From assembly GCA_963786955.1 (NCBI GenBank), contig CAWBAT010000005.1:1504001-1568000 (forward strand): a stretch of DNA of 64,000 nt. Reading direction: 5' to 3'. The notes beneath the pieces are model-generated. The model did no database searches. It was given only the letters and a program-made list of their open reading frames with translations, and was not told the DNA's origin. The translations under genes and the position numbers were made by a program. Shown piece by piece: positions 21,399 to 29,700 of this stretch (within the stretch, counting starts at the first letter, position 1; each line of letters opens with the position of its first letter). The stretch is from an uncultured Acidimicrobiia bacterium. GTDB taxonomy: Bacteria > Acidobacteriota > Terriglobia > Versatilivoradales > Versatilivoraceae.

Positions 21399-21683
21399 TC
21401 AGTCAAATCGCACGCCTACCAATTGCCTTCCCGAAGCGTCGGTTTGAATTCGCGCCACTTTTCCGGTCAGAGTATGCAGCCGTCCAAACAGCTCGCTAGA
21501 TCCGATGGTGATGATGAGGTGAGTGTCTAACCACACGGGTGTCTTGAGGTAGAACGATATCCCATTCTCGCTAATGTTATGCGTCTTGGATTGCTCGCTC
21601 AACGAGAAGCCATCGGCGTTAGTCCACTTGATGAGGAGATTTGAATTTTCGTTGGTGCGAGCCGCACCACTTCCGTTTGCCAT
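21399..21683 (-). CDS. Small PilZ-like protein with a degenerate RxxxR motif
   Basis: NISENG motif, GKVARI, VGVRF; first Arg of RxxxR replaced (SGAAR). Confidence 0.65.
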   Translation of the reverse strand: MANGSGAARTNENSNLLIKWTNADGFSLSEQSKTHNISENGISFYLKTPVWLDTHLIITIGSSELFGRLHTLTGKVARIQTDASGRQLVGVRFD

Positions 21684-21952
21684 CGGTCTAAAGTTACCTC
21701 CAATATTAGAAGTGTCGGAGGGTTCTACCTTTCATTATTATCATTATCGACAAAATTAACGGTTAGGTTTAAGCCTCCCTGAATAACACATAAGTCTTTT
21801 GACAGGAATCACTTTGGCCTATGCCGGTAGCCCCTGAGGGTGTTCCGTTTGCTAATTTCCTCGAATACGCGATCCCCATCGAAAATCTTCGGGCCTATGT
21901 CTCGACGGCGCTGGAGCATTCTTGGTACTAACGGTTTCGAACTGCCCTCGAT

Positions 21953-22282
21953 TCAGACTCGCGGCCAATACATGATGACCAGAACGCCGAACAAAGCGAT
22001 GCTGGCGCCGATCAAATCGTACTTGTCTGGGGCAATTCGATCGATCTGCCACCCCCATAAAATGGATAGAACGATGAAGACCCCTCCGTAGGCTGCATAA
22101 ACACGGCCGAAGTTTGCAGGCTGAAAAGTTGGAACAATGCCGTAGAGGACGAGAACCCCGGCGCCCGCGAAACCGTAGGCAATGGTTTTGCCTTCTCGCA
22201 GCCAGAGCCAGACGAGATATCCTCCCCCAATTTCACACAATCCGGCTAACACAAAGAACAGCAATGACTGGATGAATTTCAT
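21953..22282 (-). CDS. ynfA: YnfA/UPF0060 family small membrane protein
   Basis: [40 protein letters not shown]. Confidence 0.9.
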   Translation of the reverse strand: MKFIQSLLFFVLAGLCEIGGGYLVWLWLREGKTIAYGFAGAGVLVLYGIVPTFQPANFGRVYAAYGGVFIVLSILWGWQIDRIAPDKYDLIGASIALFGVLVIMYWPRV

Positions 22283-22540
22283 GAAGTCTCCCTCGCCTTA
22301 CCGGAATACAAAGCCTTTTGGGAAATCACTGAACAATTTCTGATGCAGCGTTCTCGCATCTTTCCCATGGAAACGGTTTTAAGTTATCGATACGCACGAT
22401 CCCTATTCCGAAGCTGATTTGAGCAATCATCAACATCTCAAACAGCCGGGGGCTTTGTCAGCAACAAAGTGACCCATCTGAAAAATTGCAAATCCGTATT
22501 CCCTGGAACCGTACCGTTTCGACCTGAGTGAACTATTCCC

Positions 22541-23722
22541 GTGGGTGAGATCATTCTCGAAGTAAGAGGTTGGCAGGTAGAAATGTTTCAACTATCCGTC
22601 CCGAGTGAGTGTGAAATATACTCTTCGAGGGGTAGATCCGCATTGAGCGACAGGTTCTGCAAAAGAATGATTCTTGTCTGGTTGATACTCTCCGTATTTT
22701 TAACTCCTCACGTCCAGTTGCTGGGCCAAAACGTGAAAGGAGCTTATCCGATTTTCCCTCCTGCAGGCCCCTTGCAAGGAAAGCTTGTCGAGCAACAAGT
22801 GCGCTTTTTGAAGGCCATGGGTTTTGCCTTAGCGGGAGGGCGTTTCCCGGATGAATCCATTCCCAAACAACTCCGTGGCGCAGGGCTCAAGACACTGGGT
22901 ATGGTGGTTCTGTGGCAGGGAGAAGAGCATTGGAAGTCCCACCCGGAGTCGCGACCCATTTTGGCGGATGGGAGTCCTTTGCCTAAGGTCAATGAGTATG
23001 CGGGTGTGTGTCCGAACCAGGAATGGTTGCAGAAACAGAAGCTCGAAGAGATCAAGGGGATGTTTTCCAGTCATTACTACGATGTGATCACTCTCGATTT
23101 CGTGCGTTATCCTATTTATTGGGAGATTCCGGAGCCCAATATCCTCGATACCTGCTACTGTCCGGCTTGTTTAAGTAAATTCCAGAAGGAGACGAATCTT
23201 CGAATTCCAAAGGAATTGAATCGCGTGGCCGATCAATCCGCTTGGATTCGCAAAAACCATGCGGACCAATGGTATCGATGGCGAGCCGATCAAATCACGG
23301 CTTTCTGCACAAAGGTCAGTGGATTGCGCGATCATTTTAGTCCCAAAACTTTGATTTCCTTAGCAGCAGTCCCTTGGCAACCTTCAGACTATGACAACGC
23401 TATTTACAAAGTTGTGGGTCAGGATTTCCGGGCGCTGGCAAAGGTTATCGAAGTGTTCAGCCCCATGTCATACTCCGTGCTCAATGGTCGGCCGGTTCAG
23501 TGGATTGGAGAAGTGAATGCTTACTTCATTCGAGAAACGGGCCGGCAAGTCTTGCCTTTTATCCTGGTCGACCCGGAAAGAAAATTACCCGCCTCCACGT
23601 GGGAAGAAATTTATAAGCAAGCATTATCCCAAGGGGCAGATGGATTCATCGTTTTCCCTTTTCCCAACCTGACCGGCAGTGACGCCTACCGCGTCTTTTG
23701 GGAACTGTTCGGCCACCGTTAG
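22541..23722 (+). CDS. Secreted glycoside-hydrolase-like TIM-barrel protein (GHL10/DUF187-like)
   Basis: VCPN, DVITLDFVRY, CYCPACL, VGQDF, FSPMSY. True start is probably TTG 22643 or ATG 22667 (signal peptide). Confidence 0.6.
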   Translation: MGEIILEVRGWQVEMFQLSVPSECEIYSSRGRSALSDRFCKRMILVWLILSVFLTPHVQLLGQNVKGAYPIFPPAGPLQGKLVEQQVRFLKAMGFALAGGRFPDESIPKQLRGAGLKTLGMVVLWQGEEHWKSHPESRPILADGSPLPKVNEYAGVCPNQEWLQKQKLEEIKGMFSSHYYDVITLDFVRYPIYWEIPEPNILDTCYCPACLSKFQKETNLRIPKELNRVADQSAWIRKNHADQWYRWRADQITAFCTKVSGLRDHFSPKTLISLAAVPWQPSDYDNAIYKVVGQDFRALAKVIEVFSPMSYSVLNGRPVQWIGEVNAYFIRETGRQVLPFILVDPERKLPASTWEEIYKQALSQGADGFIVFPFPNLTGSDAYRVFWELFGHR

Positions 23723-23766
23723 GGATTGAAGACTTAAAGTTATTGCGCTGGAGGGTGCTTAGAGGC

Positions 23767-23832
23767 ATGTAAGATCTTACATTCTTGTGTGCCGTGGGTC
23801 ATATTGACATACTATCAAAAATATGTAAGAAT
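23767..23832 (+). promoter_or_regulatory. Putative vapBC promoter/operator
   Basis: Perfect palindrome ATGTAAGATCTTACAT (23767-82); TTGACA at 23804-09; second half-site ATGTAAGA (23823-30) overlapping the -10 region. Confidence 0.55.
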
Positions 23833-23912
23833 TTGTATTCTAGTAGGACTTTGTTACAAAGTTCTACTTGGCAGATGGATATCGAAGAACGGGCTGTTGA
23901 GGAGCCCATCGC

Positions 23913-24146
23913 ATGAAGACGGAAACCGTTACATTCACCACCAAGGGGCAAATCGTCATCCCCATCTGGCTTCGAAGGCAGTTTGGGATCGAGGACGGCA
24001 CGAAAGCAGCGGTCTGTGCGACGCAGGAGGGCATTCTTCTCAAGCCGATTACCCGTGCCTATATCCGCAGCCTGCGTGGCTCGCTCAAGGGCAAGGGTGT
24101 TCTGAAGGCGATGATGGAAGAGCGTAAGCTCGAACGCGAGCTCTAA
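23913..24146 (+). CDS. vapB: AbrB/MazE/SpoVT-family antitoxin
   Basis: TTKGQIVIPIWLRRQFGIEDG, GILLKP; GAGGAG RBS; 1 nt from the downstream PIN gene. Confidence 0.88.
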   Translation: MKTETVTFTTKGQIVIPIWLRRQFGIEDGTKAAVCATQEGILLKPITRAYIRSLRGSLKGKGVLKAMMEERKLEREL

Positions 24147-24147
24147 C

Positions 24148-24555
24148 ATGGCAGCCAAGGTTTTGGATAGTTGGGCTCTTGTGGCCTTTTTTGAGGATGA
24201 GCCGGCAGCGAACGCGGTTGAGGAACTTCTGTACCAGGCCGCCCAAGGGAAACACAAACTCTACCTAAGCGTGGTGAACTGGGGAGAGATTTACTATAGC
24301 ACCATGAGAAAGGTATCCCCAGCGGAAGCTGAGGTCCGTGCCCTGGAGATCAGTTCGTTGCCGATTGAAATCGTCGGCGTCGGTGATGACCTCAAGCTGG
24401 CCCGCCAAGCCTCGATCTTCAAAGCCGCCCACCGTATCTCCTATGCCGACGCCTTCGCCGCTGCGCTGGCCAAGGAGAAGAAAGCTGAGTTGGTCACTGG
24501 AGACCCTGAGTTTAAGCTGCTGGAAAAGGAAGTCAGGATCCGCTGGCTCAACTAA
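24148..24555 (+). CDS. vapC: VapC PIN-domain toxin
   Basis: VLDSWAL, NWGE, SYADAFA, LVTGDPEF acidic catalytic residues. Confidence 0.9.
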   Translation: MAAKVLDSWALVAFFEDEPAANAVEELLYQAAQGKHKLYLSVVNWGEIYYSTMRKVSPAEAEVRALEISSLPIEIVGVGDDLKLARQASIFKAAHRISYADAFAAALAKEKKAELVTGDPEFKLLEKEVRIRWLN

Positions 24556-24739
24556 ACGTTTCCTGGCCGGATCAGTGCATCTTATCCTCCACGCCTTTCC
24601 CGGCGTGCTTTGTGAGTTTCCCCCAACCTTGCAATTCCTTCCCGCTTGAATCCCTCCAGCCTTGTGCGATAATGAGTGCTCATTTACGGATCATTCCTTA
24701 TCCTGATCGGCTCAATAGATTGTTACTTGAGGAGGACGA

Positions 24740-25759
24740 ATGTCGGATGTGAAATTTTTTGCCGGGGTCGATCTCGGAGGGACCGCCATCAATTTGACTC
24801 TTCTGGGTGAAGACGGCGTGTTCCGAATCAACGAGATGGTAGAGACGCCAGCTTTGGTGGAACAGGGGCCTGCCGTGACTATCCGGCAGATGGAGAAGGC
24901 ACTCAAGCAAGCGGCTGAAGTCGTGGGTATCTCCATGAGCCAAATTAAGGTCATCGGGCTCGACACACCGGGACCCGCCAGCGCCGACGGAGTCTTCTCG
25001 TCGGAGGGCCCCATAAACTTTGGACATTCCGGCTGGGCCAGCTTTCCAATCCGTGAGGCCTATCAGCAGGCTTTGGGTCTGCCCACCGTTTATGCGAATG
25101 ATGGGAATGCCGCAGCACTCCATTGCCATCGTGTGAAATTCGGGCGCAATCCGAAATTCTCGTCACTGACGGCTGCAGTGGGAACGGGTCTTGGCGGGGG
25201 TATTGTGGTCAATGGACAGCTTGTGGTTGGGGGTACTGGATTTGCCGCAGAGGCGGGTCACGTCGTTCTCCCGACTCGAGGTCTCCTAGAGCCCGACCAG
25301 CCGATGCCTAAGTGTAATTGTGGCCGCGACGGGGATGTTGAGGCATGGGCCTCGCTTACCGGAATCAAAAACAATCTGCTGCCGTATTACTTACAGAAAT
25401 TTCCGAATCATCCGCTATGGCAGGTTGCGGAGACGGATGGCGAGCGAGCGAAACGGGTTCGATCGTTTGGCGAAAACGGGGATGAAATGGCGCGTTTGAT
25501 CTTTCAAAAACAGGCAAGCGCGTTGGCGTTTCTATTTGATATTGCCGTGCAACTACTGGACCTGGATGCCTTTTTCGTGGGAGGTGGGATCATGCAGACA
25601 AAGCCCGAGTTCCGGGAATGGTTTCTCCGTACCATTCACGAACATCTCCCGCTGCGCGACGAACAGAAAGGCGTGACCGTAGAAATCGCTCCTGACGGTG
25701 ACATGGCTGGAGCTCGTGGAGCCGCTCGTCTGGCAATTGAATCATGGAATGTCGATTGA
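24740..25759 (+). CDS. ROK-family sugar kinase (glucokinase-like)
   Basis: GVDLGGT, ANDGNAAAL, GTGLGGG, EAGH, CNCGRDGDVE; GAGGAGG RBS; no N-terminal HTH. Confidence 0.88.
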   Translation: MSDVKFFAGVDLGGTAINLTLLGEDGVFRINEMVETPALVEQGPAVTIRQMEKALKQAAEVVGISMSQIKVIGLDTPGPASADGVFSSEGPINFGHSGWASFPIREAYQQALGLPTVYANDGNAAALHCHRVKFGRNPKFSSLTAAVGTGLGGGIVVNGQLVVGGTGFAAEAGHVVLPTRGLLEPDQPMPKCNCGRDGDVEAWASLTGIKNNLLPYYLQKFPNHPLWQVAETDGERAKRVRSFGENGDEMARLIFQKQASALAFLFDIAVQLLDLDAFFVGGGIMQTKPEFREWFLRTIHEHLPLRDEQKGVTVEIAPDGDMAGARGAARLAIESWNVD

Positions 25760-25800
25760 GCTTTCTGCGGATCTGATGCTGCCGGAGAAGGAACGAATGT

Positions 25801-25990
25801 GGCCGAGGATAACCACAGATCACCGCAGATCTAAGCAGTGAATAAGGAAAAGGCAGAAAGCAGTAAGCGGTTAGCAGAAATGCGGCTCTTGCCCCTCCTC
25901 TATGTTCCTCGGTTTCCAAATTCAAGCGCTGAAAGTCGAACTTTGAATTTTAAGATGTTGAATCCGCGTTAATCTGCGTTCATCAGCGGC
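25801..25990. repeat. Intergenic short-period repeats: 10-bp units in inverted orientation enclosing 7-bp units
   Basis: gccgaggata|accacagatc|accgcagatc (25802-31) versus aatccgcgtt|aatctgcgtt|catcagcggc (25961-90); aggcaga|aagcagt|aagcggt|tagcaga (25851-78). Confidence 0.65.
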
Positions 25991-26035
25991 TCATCTTGTG
26001 TTTCGTGTCTTTTGCGGTTCGCTTTCTTTCCCATC

Positions 26036-27859
26036 TTACGAAAGCAATTCCAGGGCGGTGGTGGCATCCTTGAAGGGTGCGATGATGTAGATTCCCTGCG
26101 TCCTCGTCTTGGCTTCTGAAATCATTTGTCGCGCTAAATCAAATCCGAGTTTTCGGGCTTCTTTTCCGGCTTGTTCCATTTTCCCCAAAAGGGTCTCAGG
26201 CAGATAAATTCCGGGCACTTCGTGGTGTAGGCGAAGGGCCAGGCGATAGCTCGTCAGAGGCCAGATGGCAGCAAGTATGGGAATGGGAGGGGCTTCACCG
26301 AGGGCATCCAGAAAACGCTCCCAAGGATCCCAGTCGAAGAAGACTTGAGTCATGGCGAATCGGGCCCCGTTTTCAATCTTCTGGCGGAAGCGGCGAATCT
26401 CTAGTGCCAAGTCAGCGGCGGCGGGGTTGACAGCCACCCCAATATGAAAATGTGTCGGTGTTCCGATAAGGTTTCCAACTGCGTCCTTCCCGCGATTCAT
26501 CTCCGAAATCAGGCGAACAAGGCCTACCGAATCGGTTTGATACACATCCTTTCCTCCTGCTGAGCCTCCAACAATGGAGGGATCTCCCGTAATCACCAAT
26601 AGATTTCGAATTCCTTCGGAATGCGCCCCGAGAAGACTTCCTTGCAAGCCCATGAGGCTGGCGTCCCGTGGAGTAATGTGAGGAATACTCTCCATCCCAA
26701 GCCGTTCCACTTGCTGTGACATCCAGAGTGAGTCCATATGCAAGCGACCGAGTGGGTTGCTATTCACATCGATCACATCGACTAACCCCGATGATTTGAA
26801 AACGGTCACGGCTTCCAGGAGTCGCTGGGTTTCCGAACCTTTTGGCGGATCGATCTGAACTGAGATGGCAAACTTGCCTTCATGGAGTCTTTGGGCCAAA
26901 GGGGAGGGAAATTCTTCTTTGACGGGCGAGTGAACGACCCTTTCCAGAACAGTCGCAGCGGCTTGAATGCGCTCTGGCACCGCGATGTCCTTCAGTGTTT
27001 CCGCCATGGCTCGAATATGTTCCGGCCGAGTCCCACAGCATCCTCCAACAATCCGTGCTCCAAGACGAACAGCTTCTCGTGCAAAGCTTGCAAAGTATTC
27101 TGGAGTAGAATCCGGATAGACGTAGCGGCCTCCGGACCTTACTGGGAGGCCGGCATTGGGGGAAGCAGAGAGGACGTAGCCCCCCCCGCGCGGAATATTC
27201 TCCAGGATTTCCAATAGCTCTCGGGGGCCAGTTCCACAATTAACTCCTAGAGCGGCGATGGGAAGGTCTGCCACTTCCGAAAACAACTCACGGACTCCGC
27301 CACCCTCCAAATTCCGCTGCACCCCTCCAGGAAAAGTCAACTGGGCGATAATGGGCAGTGAACTAACAGAGTGGACGGCCTCCACGGCAATTCGAAGGTC
27401 TTCTGAGGAGGAAAATGTTTCGATAAAAAAAAGCTCAACGCCGCGTTGTTCCAGAATTTCGGCCTGCCGGCGATATTCCTGTCGACGATCCACTTCCTGC
27501 TCCATCGCCAATTGCTCGAAAGCCCCGAGCGGTCCAATTGAACCCGCGATGAGCACTTCTCTACCAGAAATTTCCCGAGCCTCGCGAGCCAGCTTGACGG
27601 CTTGACTATTGATTTGTTCCATCCGTTCTTCCAGTCCATGTTCGCGAAGCTTTGGAATATTGGCTGCAAAGGTGTTGGTTTCGATGATATGGGCTCCTGC
27701 TGAAATGTATTGCAAATGAACCCCGAGAACTAAATCCGGGTGCGTTAAGTTAACTTCTTCCGGACAGCCTCCCCCTTTCATTTCCTGCATGAGCAGCGTT
27801 CCCATAGCCCCATCACCAATCAAAATCCCTTTCTTGAGCCACTCGAAAAATTTGGACAT
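26036..27859 (-). CDS. yitJ: Bifunctional homocysteine S-methyltransferase / methylenetetrahydrofolate reductase (YitJ-like)
   Basis: DGAMGT, ETNTF, GVNC, PNAGLP, GGCCGT (Zn-binding Hcy domain); C-terminal MTHFR with DPPKG, HITPRD, ITGDP, MTQ. Confidence 0.88.
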   Translation of the reverse strand: MSKFFEWLKKGILIGDGAMGTLLMQEMKGGGCPEEVNLTHPDLVLGVHLQYISAGAHIIETNTFAANIPKLREHGLEERMEQINSQAVKLAREAREISGREVLIAGSIGPLGAFEQLAMEQEVDRRQEYRRQAEILEQRGVELFFIETFSSSEDLRIAVEAVHSVSSLPIIAQLTFPGGVQRNLEGGGVRELFSEVADLPIAALGVNCGTGPRELLEILENIPRGGGYVLSASPNAGLPVRSGGRYVYPDSTPEYFASFAREAVRLGARIVGGCCGTRPEHIRAMAETLKDIAVPERIQAAATVLERVVHSPVKEEFPSPLAQRLHEGKFAISVQIDPPKGSETQRLLEAVTVFKSSGLVDVIDVNSNPLGRLHMDSLWMSQQVERLGMESIPHITPRDASLMGLQGSLLGAHSEGIRNLLVITGDPSIVGGSAGGKDVYQTDSVGLVRLISEMNRGKDAVGNLIGTPTHFHIGVAVNPAAADLALEIRRFRQKIENGARFAMTQVFFDWDPWERFLDALGEAPPIPILAAIWPLTSYRLALRLHHEVPGIYLPETLLGKMEQAGKEARKLGFDLARQMISEAKTRTQGIYIIAPFKDATTALELLS

Positions 27860-27975
27860 GAACGGTGAGACTCCTTTTCCGGGTTCGAATGCAAACGGAC
27901 TTCGTGAAGCTACCTTAAGTTTTGACTCACTGCAATGCCTGGCCGTGTCAATACGTCAGGTATCGCGGGATTCCT

Positions 27976-28048
27976 GGCAGGGCGCGCTCGCCGAGCGCGC
28001 CGAGAAACCTAAATTCTGTGACGGCAGTTGCAGCGAGGCCGCCCTACC
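27976..28048. repeat. REP-like inverted pair (GTAG-type)
   Basis: GGCAGGGCGCGCTCGCCGAGCGCGCCG with a perfect internal hairpin (27981-28001) and a degenerate inverted partner ending GCCCTACC (28041-48). Confidence 0.6.
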
Positions 28049-28072
28049 TTAACCGCTTTGTCGCCCGGTTTT

Positions 28073-28888
28073 TCATTTGGGTGTTCTGGGTGTCTGAACC
28101 GCCTTGCGGCTTGCTTCCAGCGTCCCCTTAAGCGAATCTCCGGGCAAATCGTTGATAATGGGGTTGATGATCCAGCTTACGAAGGAAGGGACATCACGAG
28201 TCAAGGAAAGAGCCCTGCATTCAACAAGGACCCCGTCATTGACTTTCTCGAGTTGCCAGTATGCATTCAGTCGCCAGAGAAATCCATGGTCTTCTCCCGG
28301 GGGCAACGCTCGCTCGTTCTTGGTTTCCGGCTCGCTGACTTCACTGATCTTCTGACTGTAGGATCGGCAGAACCAGCGGTTGGGCTCGATCTGGATATAG
28401 TGAGCTTCGTGTTCCGTATCCAAGACGACAGTCAATATCTTTTGTTTCTTTAATCGCAGGTAGGACCAGTAAGTATTTCCCTCCCGCTTAATCAGCCTGG
28501 AATCGATGACTTCCGGGTAGATTTGTTTATGCCGGTTGAAATCATGCAAAACATCGAGCACGGCTTCCATCGAGACCCCCGGGATGAACATGGCGCCAAC
28601 CCAGTCGTGAATGATGCCGCCAGGGACGGGCGTAACGGAGTTATTGCTCAGACGCTCGATCACGATCTCGCCATTGAGGGCCCGAGCTCGATTCCCTGGA
28701 TCATCGTATAACCATAAAGCCGGCATCTTCCCATCCCTGCGTTTCTGGAGCAATGCCTCGGTATTCTTAACGTAGCGGTTGAAACCTTCGAGCGTTTCCG
28801 GTTTTAGCTTGGCCATTGGCTGAGCATGAGCGGTCAAAAGAGAGCAAGCTAAAATCCCTGAAATGGATAGTGAAAGTGAGCGTCTCAT
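28073..28888 (-). CDS. Secreted conserved hypothetical protein (possible START/SRPBCC-like fold)
   Basis: Signal peptide ending TAHA, GIIHDWVGAMFIPG, GFLWRLNAYW, VECRALSLTRDVP. ORF is open to 28939. Confidence 0.6.
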   Translation of the reverse strand: MRRSLSLSISGILACSLLTAHAQPMAKLKPETLEGFNRYVKNTEALLQKRRDGKMPALWLYDDPGNRARALNGEIVIERLSNNSVTPVPGGIIHDWVGAMFIPGVSMEAVLDVLHDFNRHKQIYPEVIDSRLIKREGNTYWSYLRLKKQKILTVVLDTEHEAHYIQIEPNRWFCRSYSQKISEVSEPETKNERALPPGEDHGFLWRLNAYWQLEKVNDGVLVECRALSLTRDVPSFVSWIINPIINDLPGDSLKGTLEASRKAVQTPRTPK

Positions 28889-28961
28889 TAGCCAATGGAT
28901 CCCATGAGGTGCAACGGCCCAGGATATTCTTATCATCAAAATAGGTAGATCTTTTGGCCTC

Positions 28962-29519
28962 TTACTTGGCTTTGGCCTGTTTATCCGCGTTTTTCTTGAA
29001 TTGTTTTGCCAATTTCATACAGGCTTCACGAACAGCCTGATTTGCTTTGTCTTGATTCGGGCTGAGCGTTTTGGTTGCGATACCTCGCCAGACCACTTGG
29101 TTGGATTTGCGATCGACAATGTCCACAACCAGAGTGCCGACCTCATAACCCGTAGGCGCGGCGTTGCCTGAGCTGCCGGGGCCACCGCCACTCGGGGTTT
29201 GCCATCGTGTTCGCAGTACAGATTTCGCGTAGAAGGCGAATAGAAAATCGGCCTCGGCACGGACCTTCTCCATTCCAATGGCTGAGAACTCTAATTCTAA
29301 ATTTTCGCGGATCAAATTTTCTGCTCGAAGGTTGGCGGCCAATCCGTCGGGGGGCTTTCGGTCCTGTTTGGCAAAATTAAAAGATTTCAATTGGGAGAGG
29401 GGGAACTTGGGATCAAATCCCGTCTGGACATCGAGAGCCAGGGACCTCGATACCGGTAGGAAACACATCCACAAGACCGCCAGGATTATGTTGCCATTAC
29501 GGTTGAAAGTTGACGGCAT
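28962..29519 (-). CDS. DUF4136-domain exported protein
   Basis: Signal peptide, ADFLFAF, YEVGTLVVDIVDRKSNQVVWRG. Confidence 0.8.
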   Translation of the reverse strand: MPSTFNRNGNIILAVLWMCFLPVSRSLALDVQTGFDPKFPLSQLKSFNFAKQDRKPPDGLAANLRAENLIRENLELEFSAIGMEKVRAEADFLFAFYAKSVLRTRWQTPSGGGPGSSGNAAPTGYEVGTLVVDIVDRKSNQVVWRGIATKTLSPNQDKANQAVREACMKLAKQFKKNADKQAKAK

Positions 29520-29700
29520 CTTTGCACTTTTTAGATGAAACGAAAATAGGGGCTTGATCCAAGAGGCATGATTTACGGGGAAATAGCGTTGCAGAAATTC
29601 TATTCCTGAGCTTACCCGGTGACAGAGCCTTAGCGGTGAATAGAAAATCGAAGCTCGCTAGTCCATCTCGGCTGTCCATTGCCTGGGCACTCTACAGCCC

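Noticed and set aside
21200-24600. Integron cassette array (small genes plus a toxin-antitoxin pair)
   Set aside because: No attC-like sites, mixed gene orientation and no integrase.
27860-28072. SAM riboswitch upstream of the yitJ-like gene
   Set aside because: SAM-I core motifs are not recognisable; the structure present is a REP-like pair.
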